Shown here: piece after piece, positions 39,030 through 49,374 of the stretch
How the letters are laid out: each line of letters starts with the position of its first letter
Position numbering within the stretch: position 1 is the first letter of the stretch
NCBI GenBank assembly: GCA_963667725.2
Contig: CAXXHO010000007.1
Location: 59,434-123,433, forward strand
Length of the DNA stretch: 64,000 bases
Origin: Treponemataceae bacterium
Lineage (GTDB): Bacteria; Spirochaetota; Spirochaetia; Treponematales; Rectinemataceae
Direction of reading: 5' to 3'
Made by a program: the position numbers and the translations under genes
Notes under the pieces: model-generated
Told to the model about the DNA's origin: nothing
Database searches by the model: none
The model's input: the letters and a program-made list of their open reading frames with translations, nothing else

Positions 39030-39512
39030 ATGGAAGAAGAAAAACCCTGCTGCCCGGTTTTCGACCCGAAACCATGGGACGGCGCGGAGCATGTCTGGAA
39101 AGACAAGCTGTTCCTGCTGGGGACGATCCCGCAGTTTCTGCACATGCCGCTGCCGGGAAAGCTCGAGGCCGAGATCGGCAGGCTGTGGAACCGGGCGCAG
39201 GATCTGGGCGTCGCGCCGGCGGAGGGCGATTTCCTTCTCCTGTCCCATGACCCTTCGCCGTGGAAATCCGAACTATTCCTCTCCGTCGCGGGGCGCGCGG
39301 GGGACGAGGAGTTCGCGACGTTGAGCGGCACCTTCGTCAGCAAGGTCTTCGACGGGCCGTACAACGCGGTGCCTTCCTACATCAAGGAGCTGGACGCCTA
39401 TCTCGCCGGCTCGGGCAGGGCCGCCAAGGATTATTATTTCTACTACACGACCTGCCCGAAGTGCGCGAAGAAATACGGGCACAACTATATCGTCGCCTTC
39501 GCGGCGCTGTAG
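39030..39512 (+). CDS. Conserved GyrI-like 'bacterial hydrolase' protein
   Basis: CCP.FDP..WD; SG.F...VF.GPY; YYTTCPKCAKKYG.NY. Confidence 0.8.
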   Translation: MEEEKPCCPVFDPKPWDGAEHVWKDKLFLLGTIPQFLHMPLPGKLEAEIGRLWNRAQDLGVAPAEGDFLLLSHDPSPWKSELFLSVAGRAGDEEFATLSGTFVSKVFDGPYNAVPSYIKELDAYLAGSGRAAKDYYFYYTTCPKCAKKYGHNYIVAFAAL

Positions 39513-39533
39513 GCCCGGGGCAAGGCGGGAGAT

Positions 39534-40385
39534 ATGGACCTGAGAGGGAAGAACGTCGTCGTGACGGGCGGCAACAGCGGCATAGGGTTTGTGACGGCGA
39601 GGGAACTGGCGAGGGGCGGCGCCCGCGTGACCTTGGCCTGCAGGAATGTCGGGGCGGCGGGCGCCGCCGCGGCGGAGATCGCGCGCGCCACGGGCAGCGG
39701 CGACATCGATGTCGTGCGGCTCGACCTGGCTTCCTTCGCCTCCGCGCGCGCCTGCGCGGACGAGCTGGCGGCGAAGCTGGACCGCCTCGATATCCTCGTG
39801 AACAACGCCGGCACCTACACCCAGGGCGACGAGACGACGGCCGACGGCATCCACCCCACGATGCAGGCGAACTATTTCGGACCTTATCTCCTTACGAGAC
39901 TGCTCATGCCCCTGCTCAAAGCAGCGCCCGCGGCGCGCGTCGTCAACGTCAGCTCGGCGATGTACGCGGTCGGGAAGCTGGACCTTTCCAAGCCGAGCTT
40001 CCTTGTCGCCAGGAACGGCTTTTCGGCCTACGCGGCTTCCAAGCTGGCGACGATCCTCTTCACGCAGGAACTGGCGCGCCGCGAGGAAGGAAGCGGCCTC
40101 ACCGCCAATGTCCTCCACCCGGGGCTCGTCAATACGAAAATAATGACACTCAGGAAATGGTACGACATCTTCATCCGGGCCTACGTCGACCGCCACTCAG
40201 TGGACGCGGAAACGGGGGCGAGGACGAGCATTTTCCTGGCCGCCTCCGATGCCGTCGAGGGAATCTCAGGCAAATATTTCATCGACTGCGCGGAGCGGGC
40301 CCCCCGCCTCGGCAGAGGGGCTGCCGCGCTGCGCGGCCCGCTCTGGACGCGGACGGCGGAGATCGTCGGAGCGCCGGCGGACTGA
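39534..40385 (+). CDS. Short-chain dehydrogenase/reductase (retinol dehydrogenase-like)
   Basis: TGGNSGIG; NNAG; YAASK; HPG.V.T. Confidence 0.92.
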   Translation: MDLRGKNVVVTGGNSGIGFVTARELARGGARVTLACRNVGAAGAAAAEIARATGSGDIDVVRLDLASFASARACADELAAKLDRLDILVNNAGTYTQGDETTADGIHPTMQANYFGPYLLTRLLMPLLKAAPAARVVNVSSAMYAVGKLDLSKPSFLVARNGFSAYAASKLATILFTQELARREEGSGLTANVLHPGLVNTKIMTLRKWYDIFIRAYVDRHSVDAETGARTSIFLAASDAVEGISGKYFIDCAERAPRLGRGAAALRGPLWTRTAEIVGAPAD

Positions 40386-40434
40386 CCGGCCTCGCCACTT
40401 TCGGCGACGGCGCGGGGCGTCGATTCCTTTCGCG

Positions 40435-40465
40435 AAAAAAAGGCGGCCGCAAGGCCGCCTTTTTT
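40435..40465. terminator. Bidirectional intrinsic terminator
   Basis: A7-GGCGGCC-GCAA-GGCCGCC-T6 between convergent genes. Confidence 0.9.
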
Positions 40466-40534
40466 ATTTTCCTTGACAGCGCAACCGAACTCGACAGTGC
40501 GGTCGAACTCGCTTCGCCTGCTTCGGACGCAGCC

Positions 40535-43456
40535 TCACAGCACGGGGGTGACGACGGCGCCTTCCTTCGTTGCTGCGGGGAGGGCCTCGACTCGCTGCTT
40601 GGAGGAGAGCGCCCCGCTGACGGCGAGCGGCTCGGCCGCGGCGATCGCCTCGCCCAATGCCCTGAAATCGGCAGCCTCGGCGGCCAGTATCTGGTCGCGG
40701 ATCGCCTGCCTGGTCTCCTGGGTATAGCCGGTCAGGAAATGGACGAGGGAGCTGAAGCCCTTCGCGTCGGGCAGGAGGTAGCTGTCCACGGCGCCGATCG
40801 TGCCGATGATGGCGCGCGTCAGCTCCTCGTCGCCGATCGCGAGGCTCTTGAGGTAGCCGGCGGCCTCGGCGAAGGTGTCCAGGGTCTTCTCCAGATTGGG
40901 GTCGCGGTAGGAGAGGAAGGCGAAAGTTCCCGAATTGAGGTCGTAGGACGAGAAGCCGCCGTAAGCGCCGCCCTGGACCCGCACTTTTTCCCAGAGGAAG
41001 GTGGTGTCCAGATATTTTTTCGCGACGAGGAAGGCGCCCGAGGGGCGGATTCCCGCGGCCGCCAGGGGGTATGCGGCCCCGACGAAGTTCACCTGGGTGG
41101 GCGCGGTGAGCAGCTCCATCGCGGGGGACGGGGCCGCGCCGGCCTCCTGCGCCGCGCGCGCGACGTCCTTTGCCTGGGCCGATCCGGCCGATCGCCGCGG
41201 CAGGGATTCGGCGAAGCGTTCCATCGCGGGGCGCAGGGCGTCGAAATCCTGCCTGTCGAGCGTGACGTTCACGATGGCCTTGGATGCGTCCACTACGGCT
41301 GCCTTGGCCGCCTCCAGGTCGGCGAGGACGCCGGCCCAGTCGGCATCGACGCGCCCGGCGAGCTTGCGGAGGAAGAAGAGCTGTTCGAGCCCGTTGATCC
41401 GCTCCGACATCCAATCGGCCCGGTTGAGCCGGGAGAGGAGCCTGAGGTTTACGAGCCGGTGCCCCGAGGGGATGAGGGCCGCCTCCGCCTGGGCTTTTTC
41501 CTCGAGGACGATCTGCCTGAAGCGCTCCTGGTTGTCGAGCCGCGCGTCGGAAAGGAGGGCCTGCAGGAGGCCGAAAAGCCTGTCGGCCTTCTTCGCGAGG
41601 GCTTTGCTCCTGACGATGAAGGATGCCGCGGCGCCCCCGCCTCCCCACTTCGAGACGAGGAGGTTCGTGGTGCCGATGCCGCCGGTGTGCTTGCCGATCT
41701 CCTGGCTCATCGCGACATAGTCCGCTTCGCCGGCTCCCGTCTCGAGGAGGGCGCGTCCGAGGAGGCCCACGTAGGGGAGGAGTTCCGCGCCGAGCCCGTC
41801 CAGGGGGAAGGCGAGATCGAGATAGAGGATCGAGCTGGTCGGCAGGTCGTGGAAGAGCAGGGTGGCCGGGCCGAGCGAGCCCTCCTCGCGGGGGATCCTG
41901 AGCGATTCCTTCGGCAGGTCGCCGAGGGAGAGCGAGGGGATGGTCGCGAGGGCTTCCGGGCTGTCGGGGGTCTCCTGGAGCGTCTTGAGCCGCTCGGCGG
42001 CCGCGGCGACGGCCTCGATTTCCCCGGCGGACATGGCGGCGCGGACGGCTTCCAGTTCGGACTTTTCCGCGGCTTCGCGGCGAGCTCCGGCGCCGGGCTC
42101 CGGCAGGAGCGTCACCGTGCTTCGGTGCGGGTTGTCGAGCAGCCATTTCCCGATGAGTTTCTCGAAGTAGACGCCGCCGCCGAGGGCTTCCTTCTTGATC
42201 GCCTCGAGCGCGGCCCCGAAGCCGAGGGCGTCGATGGGATTCTCGTCGTAGAGCCATTCGTTGAGGGCCTCGAGCATGACGGCCAGGCCGCGCGGGAAGC
42301 GGCCAGTGTTCTTCTCGCGCAGCGCGAACTCCATCGTGTTGATGGAAGCCTCGATGGTGTCGGGCGAAATGCCCTCGTCGGCGAGCCTGGCGAGTTCGGA
42401 GAGTATCAGGGTCTCGACTTCGGCGACCTTGTCGGGATGGACGCCCTTGAGGCCGACGGACCAGGCCCCCACGCGCAGCGAGTCTTCGAGGCCGAAGCCC
42501 GCGAGGTCCTCGCCCAGCCCGGAGTCGATCAGGGCCTTGCGCAGCGGCGCGGCCGGCGTGCCCGTGAGGATGTGCGAGAGTATGGCGAAGCCGAGGCTGG
42601 CCTTCTGGTCGCCGTGCGGGACGAGCGCCCAGTTGACGGCGGTCCACGCCTTGGGCTCCTCGCCCTCGTAGGCGGCCGCCGAGGAGCGCGGCGCGGCGAA
42701 GGGCGCCTGGATCGCCGGCAGGGAATCCACCGCGATGCGCGAATACGGCTCGAGCCAGCGGTCGAGGATGGCGAGCCGCTCGGCCGGGTCGTCGTCCCCA
42801 TAAAAGTAGATGAATGAGTTCGAGGGGTGGTAGTAGGTCTCGTGGAAGGCCTTGAACGTGGCATAGTCGAGCTGGGGGATGACCGCCGGATCGCCGCCCG
42901 AGTCCAGGCCGTAGGCCGTGTCGGGGAAGAGGGAGCGCCGGCAGAGGTCGTCGTGCATGTCCTCGGGGTCCGAGTAGGCGCCCTTCATCTCGTTGAAGAC
43001 GACGCCCTTGCGCGTGAGTGCGCCCGTCTCGGCGTCGATTTCATAGTGCCAGCCTTCCTGGCGGAAGGTGTCCTCGGTGATGCGCGGGGCGAGGACGGCG
43101 TCCATGTAGACGTCGATGAGGTTGTAGAAATCCTTCGTGTTCGTCGAGGCCACGGGGTAGACGGTCTTGTCGGGATAGGTGAAGGCGTTCAGGAAGGTGT
43201 TCAGCGAGCCCTTCATCAGCTCGACGAAAGGTTCCTTGACGGGATATTTCCTCGAGCCGCAGAGCACGGAATGCTCGAGGATGTGGGCCACGCCGTCCGA
43301 GCGCGCGGGCGGCGTCCGGAAGCTGATGCCGAAGGACTTGTTCTCGTCCGCGTTGACGACCGACAGGAGGCGGGCTCCGGTGGCGTCGTGCCGGTAGAGG
43401 CGGACGAGGGAATCGATTTCGGGAACCTGGCGCTCCTCGATGAGCGTGAATGACAT
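40535..43456 (-). CDS. M16C insulinase-family peptidase (presequence protease-like)
   Basis: HILEHSVLCGS.KYP; LNAFTYPDKT.YP; GVVFNEMKG; RVQGGAYG; SYRDP. Confidence 0.95.
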   Translation of the reverse strand: MSFTLIEERQVPEIDSLVRLYRHDATGARLLSVVNADENKSFGISFRTPPARSDGVAHILEHSVLCGSRKYPVKEPFVELMKGSLNTFLNAFTYPDKTVYPVASTNTKDFYNLIDVYMDAVLAPRITEDTFRQEGWHYEIDAETGALTRKGVVFNEMKGAYSDPEDMHDDLCRRSLFPDTAYGLDSGGDPAVIPQLDYATFKAFHETYYHPSNSFIYFYGDDDPAERLAILDRWLEPYSRIAVDSLPAIQAPFAAPRSSAAAYEGEEPKAWTAVNWALVPHGDQKASLGFAILSHILTGTPAAPLRKALIDSGLGEDLAGFGLEDSLRVGAWSVGLKGVHPDKVAEVETLILSELARLADEGISPDTIEASINTMEFALREKNTGRFPRGLAVMLEALNEWLYDENPIDALGFGAALEAIKKEALGGGVYFEKLIGKWLLDNPHRSTVTLLPEPGAGARREAAEKSELEAVRAAMSAGEIEAVAAAAERLKTLQETPDSPEALATIPSLSLGDLPKESLRIPREEGSLGPATLLFHDLPTSSILYLDLAFPLDGLGAELLPYVGLLGRALLETGAGEADYVAMSQEIGKHTGGIGTTNLLVSKWGGGGAAASFIVRSKALAKKADRLFGLLQALLSDARLDNQERFRQIVLEEKAQAEAALIPSGHRLVNLRLLSRLNRADWMSERINGLEQLFFLRKLAGRVDADWAGVLADLEAAKAAVVDASKAIVNVTLDRQDFDALRPAMERFAESLPRRSAGSAQAKDVARAAQEAGAAPSPAMELLTAPTQVNFVGAAYPLAAAGIRPSGAFLVAKKYLDTTFLWEKVRVQGGAYGGFSSYDLNSGTFAFLSYRDPNLEKTLDTFAEAAGYLKSLAIGDEELTRAIIGTIGAVDSYLLPDAKGFSSLVHFLTGYTQETRQAIRDQILAAEAADFRALGEAIAAAEPLAVSGALSSKQRVEALPAATKEGAVVTPVL

Positions 43457-43479
43457 GGGAACTCCTGCGGCGCGGTTTT

Positions 43480-44625
43480 TCAGCTGCCGATGGCGAGGCG
43501 GGCCTTGTCCTCGTACATGAGCCGATCGAGCCTTTTTATGAAAATATCAAAATTCCTGTCCAGCTCCAAGTCGAAGACGGCCTTGCCCATGCTCGCCGAG
43601 AGCGTATAGGGCTTGAAGGGCCGATTGGACGCCTCGATGTTCGCCTTGATCCTCGCCGAGACATCCTCCAGGACGAGCATGTCGCCCGTTTCAAGTATCA
43701 CGATGAACTCGTCGCCGCCGTAGCGGGCGACGAAGTCGGTCTTGCGCACGGAGGCGTGGAGGATGTCGGCCATCTCGATCAGGGCCTGATCGCCGACGCT
43801 GTGGCCGCACTGGTCGTTGATCTGCTTGAAATAGTCGAGATCGAGCATGATGCCGGCGAAGGTCCGCCTTCCCCGAACGCGACGCAGGAGCCCGGTGAGG
43901 TATTCCTGCAGGCTCGACCGATTGAAGGTGCCCGTCAGGTAGTCGCTGTCGATCTGCCGGTTCTGGACGTTGATGAAGGTGAGTAGGACGGCGATGACGG
44001 TGGCTGCCCAGAAGAGGTTGGTGCCGTAGATGAAGATCTGGAGGATGCCCCCGATGGTCGGCATTATGGGGTAGAGGATCAGGTTCAGGAAGGAGGCGCT
44101 CGATATGCTCCTGCGGCGTTTCAGGAGAAGGCCCGCGGGGAGGAGTCCCATGAAGGTCATGAGGAGGTTGAAGAGCGAATTCATGGGACCGCGATGATAG
44201 ATGTTCGCCTCGTCGAGGTAGAAGAGGAGGCCTTTGAGCGGGCTCACGGCCGCGAAGACGACGCCCATGAAGGCGAAGGCGATGGCGGTCCAGAAAAAGG
44301 GCGAGAAAAAAAGGGGCTTTCCCGGCGCGGTAAAGTGGTCGACGTAGACCAGGTAGATGCCCATCGGGATCAGGATGAGGGCGTAGAAGATCGAGTTGAC
44401 GACATAGCCGGCGATCCGGCCGGCGGTTCCCGGCAGCCCGTCGACTACCCAGGTCGCGCCCTCGCTGATGATGACGAACCCCACGCCGACGATCAGGAGG
44501 AGGAATATCTTGGAATCGATCAAGCGGTAATCGCGGTTCCTCAGGATGATCGAGCCGCCGATGATCGCGAGGATGGCGAGCGCGAAGAGGTCAATTTCTA
44601 TCCTCAGCAGGGTTTCAATCGACAT
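43480..44625 (-). CDS. Membrane-bound diguanylate cyclase
   Basis: N-terminal TM helices; D.LTG..NR; FKQIND..GH..GD; RYGGDEF. Confidence 0.92.
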   Translation of the reverse strand: MSIETLLRIEIDLFALAILAIIGGSIILRNRDYRLIDSKIFLLLIVGVGFVIISEGATWVVDGLPGTAGRIAGYVVNSIFYALILIPMGIYLVYVDHFTAPGKPLFFSPFFWTAIAFAFMGVVFAAVSPLKGLLFYLDEANIYHRGPMNSLFNLLMTFMGLLPAGLLLKRRRSISSASFLNLILYPIMPTIGGILQIFIYGTNLFWAATVIAVLLTFINVQNRQIDSDYLTGTFNRSSLQEYLTGLLRRVRGRRTFAGIMLDLDYFKQINDQCGHSVGDQALIEMADILHASVRKTDFVARYGGDEFIVILETGDMLVLEDVSARIKANIEASNRPFKPYTLSASMGKAVFDLELDRNFDIFIKRLDRLMYEDKARLAIGS

Positions 44626-45120
44626 TTACAGCTTTCTGTTCCTTTGGAGCATGGGATGGACGAGAGCGGCGAAGATTATTCTACCAAAGGCGTTGGCTAT
44701 TGCAAGGCCCGCGGCTATGGCGGCGGCTGTCATGATGGTGGCCATGCCCAGCTCCGTCATCTTCATGGGGTCGCCCTCGAAGGAGGCGAGCATGGTGAAG
44801 TACATGCCGCCGCCGGGGACGAGGGGGATGATGCTCGCGATCATGTAGACGGTGGCCGGCCTGGCCCTGGTCCAGCCGACGATCTCGCTGTAGAGGCCAG
44901 CGGCCAGGGCGGCCACGAAGGCGGCGAACGGGGGGGCCACGGTGGCCTTCATCGCCAGGAAAGAGGCCCAGCCGACGGCGGCCCCGGCCGATGCCAGGGC
45001 GATGTCGATCGAGTGGAGGCCGAAGAGGATGGAGAAGGCCGAAGTCGCCAGGGCGGCGTAGAGGGGGCCCTTGAGCCAGTCGACGATGGAGGGGAGGAGG
45101 GAGCTGTCGGAGGCGATCAC
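44626..45120 (-). CDS. Threonine/serine exporter, small subunit (ThrE_2)
   Basis: PATVY.I..IIPLVPGG.MY; GTG start overlaps the upstream stop. Confidence 0.85.
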   Translation of the reverse strand: MIASDSSLLPSIVDWLKGPLYAALATSAFSILFGLHSIDIALASAGAAVGWASFLAMKATVAPPFAAFVAALAAGLYSEIVGWTRARPATVYMIASIIPLVPGGGMYFTMLASFEGDPMKMTELGMATIMTAAAIAAGLAIANAFGRIIFAALVHPMLQRNRKL

Positions 45121-45890
45121 CGGAGGCCCCCGATGCCGAGCAGCTTGCAGACGGCGAAGGCGGCGCCCGCCCCGGCCGAGATGCTGGCGGCGGTGATGAG
45201 GGCGTCGGCGCCCCTGGCTATGCCGGCGACGAGGTCGCCCGCGATGATGTCGCGGATGGCGTTGGTGATGGCGACTCCCGGCACGAGGAGCATGATGACT
45301 CCGATGATGAGGGTGTCCGGGTTGATCGGGGCGCCGAGCGAGCGCAGGGCGAGGGAGGCGAGGGCGGTGACCGCCCCGCCCGCGAGGCTCGTGAGGAATT
45401 CGGGGAACTTGAGGCGCTGGAAGCCGCGGATGAGGAAGGAGAGCAGGGCGCCGAGGAAGACCGCCGCGGTGGCGTCGGCGAGGCTGCCCCCGAAGAGAAG
45501 GGTGAAGAAGGCGGCTCCGAAGGCGCTCGCGAGCGTCATCACCGCGGCGGGGCGCTCGCGCATGCGCTCGATGCCGTCGAGCTCGTTCATCGCCGCCGAC
45601 AGGCTTATCCTGTCGGCTTGGAGCGCATCCACGAGGGCGTGGATGCGGGACACCTTCTCCAGGTTCATGCCCCGCTTTTTTACGCGGCGCACGACCGAGC
45701 GGACCTTGCCGTCCTCGCCGGTGTAGGAGAGCATGAGGCCGGTGCTCGTGGCGAAGCATTCCGCCTCGGCGCCGCCCTGGCTCGAGATGATGCCCATGGC
45801 GGCGTCCTCGGCGCGGTATGTTTCACCGCCGCTCTCGAGCATGAGGCGCGCGGCGTCGGCCGCGAACAGGAGAAGATCTTCCGGCTGCAT
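45117..45890 (-). CDS. Threonine/serine exporter ThrE family
   Basis: MLESGGETYRAED; F.T.TG; LVPGVAITNAIRD...GD...G. Confidence 0.9.
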   Translation of the reverse strand: MQPEDLLLFAADAARLMLESGGETYRAEDAAMGIISSQGGAEAECFATSTGLMLSYTGEDGKVRSVVRRVKKRGMNLEKVSRIHALVDALQADRISLSAAMNELDGIERMRERPAAVMTLASAFGAAFFTLLFGGSLADATAAVFLGALLSFLIRGFQRLKFPEFLTSLAGGAVTALASLALRSLGAPINPDTLIIGVIMLLVPGVAITNAIRDIIAGDLVAGIARGADALITAASISAGAGAAFAVCKLLGIGGLR

Positions 45891-45957
45891 CGGCTCCATA
45901 CTAACCGCCGGGGGCCGCCGCGGCAAGGCTGGTCGGCGGCGGCCGCGGCGGCGCGCC

Positions 45958-46007
45958 GAAACGACGAGGGCGTCCGGAAGCACGCTTCCGGACGCCCTCG
46001 TCGTTTC
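45958..46007. repeat. Perfect 23-bp inverted repeat downstream of proS
   Basis: GAAACGACGAGGGCGTCCGGAAG-CACG-CTTCCGGACGCCCTCGTCGTTTC. Confidence 0.9.
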
Positions 46008-46039
46008 CTGGATTCGGCCCCGCGGGGTCCCCGGAACGG

Positions 46040-47497
46040 TCAGTAGTTGCGCGCGAAGATGGCCCTGTGCTTGGCGGGGGCGCCGCAGAGGGCGCAGACG
46101 CCCTCGGTGTTCTCCTGGCGCCCCAGCGGCAGGCAGCGCAGCGTCGCCTTGGTCTTGGCCTTGAGCTCGGCCTCGCATTCGGGCGAGCCGCACCAGAGCG
46201 CCTCGGCGAATCCGCCCTTGGCGTCGGCCGTTCCCATGCCCTCGGCGCCGAAGAAGTCGAGCAGCGCTTCCCTCGTGCCGATCGCGACCGTGTTCGCCTC
46301 GCGGAAGCTCTTCGCGCGCTCGTAGAGCGCCGTCTGGATGGCGTCGAGGGCGGCCCTGACCGCGACCGGCGCCTCCGCTGCCTGCACGAAGCTCTTCTCG
46401 CCCGAATCCCTGCGGACCAGGACGAGCTTCTCGGCCTGCATGTCCCTGGGGCCGATCTCGATGCGCACCGGCGTGCCGCGCATCTCCCACTCGGCGAACT
46501 TCCAGCCGGGACTGGAGGAGTCGTCGCTGTCCAGGACGACGCGGATGCCCGCCGCCTGGAGCGAGGCGCGCACCTTCTCGGCGTAAGCCAGGACGCCCGC
46601 CTTGCTGTCGTTCTTGTAGATGGGGACGATGACGGCTTCCTCGGGGGCGACGGTCGGGGGCAGGACGAGGCCCTTGTCGTCGGAGTGCGTCATGATCAAG
46701 GCGCCGACGAGGCGCGTCGAGACGCCCCAGCTCGTCGCCCAGACGTAGTCGAGGGCGCCTTCCCTGGTCTGGTATTTCACGTCGAAGGCCTTGGCGAAGT
46801 TCTGGCCCAGGAAGTGGCTGGTGCCCGCCTGCAGGGCCTTCTTGTCCTGCATCATCGCCTCGATGGTGTATGTGTTGACGGCTCCGGCGAACTTCTCGCT
46901 GTCGCTCTTGACGCCCACGAGGACGGGCACGCAGAGGTAGCGCTCGACGACGTCGCGGTAAACCTCGATCATCCTCAGGGTCTCCTCGACGGCTTCCTGC
47001 GCGGTTTCGTGCGCGGTGTGCCCCTCCTGCCAGAGGAATTCGCTGGTGCGGAGGAAGAGGCGCGTGCGCTTCTCCCAGCGGAGGACGTTCGCCCACTGGT
47101 TGATGAGGATGGGGAGGTCGCGCCAGGACTGGATCCATTCCTTGTACTTCGACCAGATGATGGTCTCGCTGGTGGGGCGGATGCAGTAGGGCTCCTCGAG
47201 CTCCTCGCCGCCGCCGTGCGTGACGATGGCCAGCTCGGGGGCGAAACCCTCGACGTGCTCGGCTTCCTTCTGCATGAAGCTCATGGGGATGAGGAGGGGG
47301 AAATAGGCGTTCTGGTGCCCGGTCTCCTTGAAGCGGCGGTCGAACTCGTCGCGGATCCTCTCCCAGATGGCGTAGCCCCGCGGCCTTATGACCATGCTCC
47401 CCTTCACCGGCGAGTAGTCGGCGAGTTTCGCGTTCAGGACGATGTCGATGTACCACTGCGAGTAGTCGACTTCGCGGGGAGTGATTTTTTCGGCCAT
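46040..47497 (-). CDS. proS: Proline--tRNA ligase, archaeal/eukaryotic type
   Basis: [32 protein letters not shown]-terminal ARNY; no INS editing domain. Confidence 0.96.
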   Translation of the reverse strand: MAEKITPREVDYSQWYIDIVLNAKLADYSPVKGSMVIRPRGYAIWERIRDEFDRRFKETGHQNAYFPLLIPMSFMQKEAEHVEGFAPELAIVTHGGGEELEEPYCIRPTSETIIWSKYKEWIQSWRDLPILINQWANVLRWEKRTRLFLRTSEFLWQEGHTAHETAQEAVEETLRMIEVYRDVVERYLCVPVLVGVKSDSEKFAGAVNTYTIEAMMQDKKALQAGTSHFLGQNFAKAFDVKYQTREGALDYVWATSWGVSTRLVGALIMTHSDDKGLVLPPTVAPEEAVIVPIYKNDSKAGVLAYAEKVRASLQAAGIRVVLDSDDSSSPGWKFAEWEMRGTPVRIEIGPRDMQAEKLVLVRRDSGEKSFVQAAEAPVAVRAALDAIQTALYERAKSFREANTVAIGTREALLDFFGAEGMGTADAKGGFAEALWCGSPECEAELKAKTKATLRCLPLGRQENTEGVCALCGAPAKHRAIFARNY

Positions 47498-47626
47498 GAC
47501 CCACCTCGATAGGATAAAATGTTTTCAAACTATATAGAAAACGGCGGTCTCGATCAATCGGATCGAGCCGGGGCCGGCGCCCTGGGGGTCTTCAAGCGGC
47601 GGGTTTTTCGCGGTATGCTGATTTCC

Positions 47627-48454
47627 GTGACCTTGAAGACTCGTCGGCGAACCTATTGGATACTCTTTGGCATCAGCGTCGCCATGTCCCTGGCGGGAAC
47701 GATCTTCGCCATCCTTCTCGCCGGGAGCAAGAGCGTCCCCATCTTCCTCATCGAGCGGGGAATCTACGCCGTCCATCCCTTTTTGAAACTGCGCCCGACC
47801 TCGCTGGCGCTCTCCATCGTGGACGCGCTCGCGCTCTCGTTTTTCGCGGCCGCCGCGGGCGCCTTCATTCTCCGCACCTTCCGGAAGACCGTCTCGGCGG
47901 AGGTGTTCTTTTTCGCCTTCTGGCTGACGACGCTTTCCTTCGAATCGCTCAGGCTCGTCCATCTCTTCCTCGCGGCGCGCGGCGCTTCCGACCTGGCGCT
48001 GGCGCTGATCGACAAATCCTATCTCTGCGCCAGGATCCTCGGCTTCATCCTCATCTTCGTCTCCGGACTCTATGCGTCAGGAATGAGGAACGAGCGGCAC
48101 TTTTCGATTCTCGCCATCTGCGCGGGCATCGCGATAGCCCTCATCTCCAGCCTGCCGGTCAATACGGGAATATGGGAGAGGAATCTCATGTTCAAGGTGG
48201 GGTATGGCAATCTGATCGAGGGATTCTCGATGGCCATCATCTTCATCACGATCATCGATTATCTGATCGCGGTGAGGGTGCGGGGCGACAAGTCCTATTA
48301 CCTGACGGCGCTGGGCATCGCCATGGTGATGTGGGGAGCCCATTTCGCCAGCCTCGACGCATCGCCCCTCCTCAGCCTGTCCTCGCTCGCCGTCATGAGC
48401 GTGGGCTGCGTCCTTTATATCTGGAAACTCCACACCTTCTATCTTTGGCAGTGA
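47627..48454 (+). CDS. Multi-pass membrane protein of unknown function
   Basis: About 8 hydrophobic segments with GC3-rich codons; start inferred from promoter position. Confidence 0.75.
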   Translation: MTLKTRRRTYWILFGISVAMSLAGTIFAILLAGSKSVPIFLIERGIYAVHPFLKLRPTSLALSIVDALALSFFAAAAGAFILRTFRKTVSAEVFFFAFWLTTLSFESLRLVHLFLAARGASDLALALIDKSYLCARILGFILIFVSGLYASGMRNERHFSILAICAGIAIALISSLPVNTGIWERNLMFKVGYGNLIEGFSMAIIFITIIDYLIAVRVRGDKSYYLTALGIAMVMWGAHFASLDASPLLSLSSLAVMSVGCVLYIWKLHTFYLWQ

Positions 48455-48494
48455 GGCGCGAAAAAAAAGGCGGAACCGCGCGGGCGGCTCGGCG

Positions 48495-49175
48495 TCACAG
48501 GCCCAGGAGCGTGGCCGCGAGTCCCGCCGCCAGCGGCAGGAGAATATTGTCCCAATCTTTCGTCGGCAGAGCCTCGACGACGGTGGCGAAGACGGCGACG
48601 ACCGCCGAAGCCACCAGTTTTCCCGACACCGCGTAGGCTGAAATCAAGGAAACGATCAGGCAGGTCAGGCTCCCCTCGACCGACTTGCCGCGCGTGAGGG
48701 GCATCCTGATATGTCCGAAGAGCTTCCCGACGAGGCTGGAGAAGCCGTCGCCGAAGGCGAGGATATAGATCGCGACCGAGGCCGGGACCGGTTCGAAGAG
48801 CAGGGCCGAGAGGAAGGCGCCGAGCCCCAGCGTGATCGGGCCTTTGACGAAGCGGCCGGCGTCGCGCTTCCTGGCCGCCTTTTCGGTGAGCGCCGAAATG
48901 AGGGGAATGCGGACGCCGCGCATGCGCAGCGCCTCGAAGGCGGCGAAGGCCGCCATGCCCGAGGCGAGCAGGGCCAGCGTGAGCGGTTTCGAGATCGAGA
49001 GGAGGAGGGGCGTGAAGGCGATGAGGAGGTGGATGGACTTGCGCGTGAGTTCGATGACGATCTCGTCGCGCGAGACTGCGTCGCGCGCGGCGCTAGACCG
49101 GGGCCGGCCCGCTTTCCCGCGCGCCGCTCCGCCGCCGATGACGCCATCGGAAAGTGCTTCCTTGCCTTGCCTCAT
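48495..49175 (-). CDS. Phytol/dolichol kinase-like (CTP-dependent polyprenol kinase family)
   Basis: RKSIH; FGDG...LVG..FG; KS.EGS; DN...P. Confidence 0.85.
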   Translation of the reverse strand: MRQGKEALSDGVIGGGAARGKAGRPRSSAARDAVSRDEIVIELTRKSIHLLIAFTPLLLSISKPLTLALLASGMAAFAAFEALRMRGVRIPLISALTEKAARKRDAGRFVKGPITLGLGAFLSALLFEPVPASVAIYILAFGDGFSSLVGKLFGHIRMPLTRGKSVEGSLTCLIVSLISAYAVSGKLVASAVVAVFATVVEALPTKDWDNILLPLAAGLAATLLGL

Positions 49176-49210
49176 CGTTCGCTCCATGCCTTCGCCCGTC
49201 CCGATGCTTA

Positions 49211-49239
49211 TTGACACGCCATAGCCGCTTTGGTAGGAT
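49211..49239 (+). promoter_or_regulatory. tRNA promoter
   Basis: TTGACA, 17 nt, TAGGAT with extended TG. Confidence 0.8.
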
Positions 49240-49264
49240 GGCGGGCAGTCGAAGAGCGTTGGGT

Positions 49265-49336
49265 GGGCGATTAACTCAGCGGGAGAGTGCTACCTTCACA
49301 CGGTAGAAGTCATTGGTTCAATCCCAATATCGCCCA
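49265..49336 (+). tRNA. tRNA-Val(CAC); CCA not encoded
   Basis: Acceptor GGGCGAT/ATCGCCC; D arm ACTC/GAGT; anticodon arm CTACC-TTCACAC-GGTAG; T arm ATTGG-TTCAATC-CCAAT. Confidence 0.96.
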
Positions 49337-49374
49337 CCGAACGCTCTTTTTGTCTTCAATAAGCAAGTATATCC

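Noticed and set aside
39260..42817. 1185-aa + strand ORF and other long antisense ORFs (35418-37364, 53765-56209, 57099-59033, 37478-39364)
   Set aside because: Shadow frames of GC3-rich real genes; low-complexity Arg/Gly/Ala content and no motifs
45117..47528. 803-aa ORF suggesting a fusion upstream of thrE
   Set aside because: The N-terminal part is an off-frame read of proS; thrE has its own promoter and start near 45890
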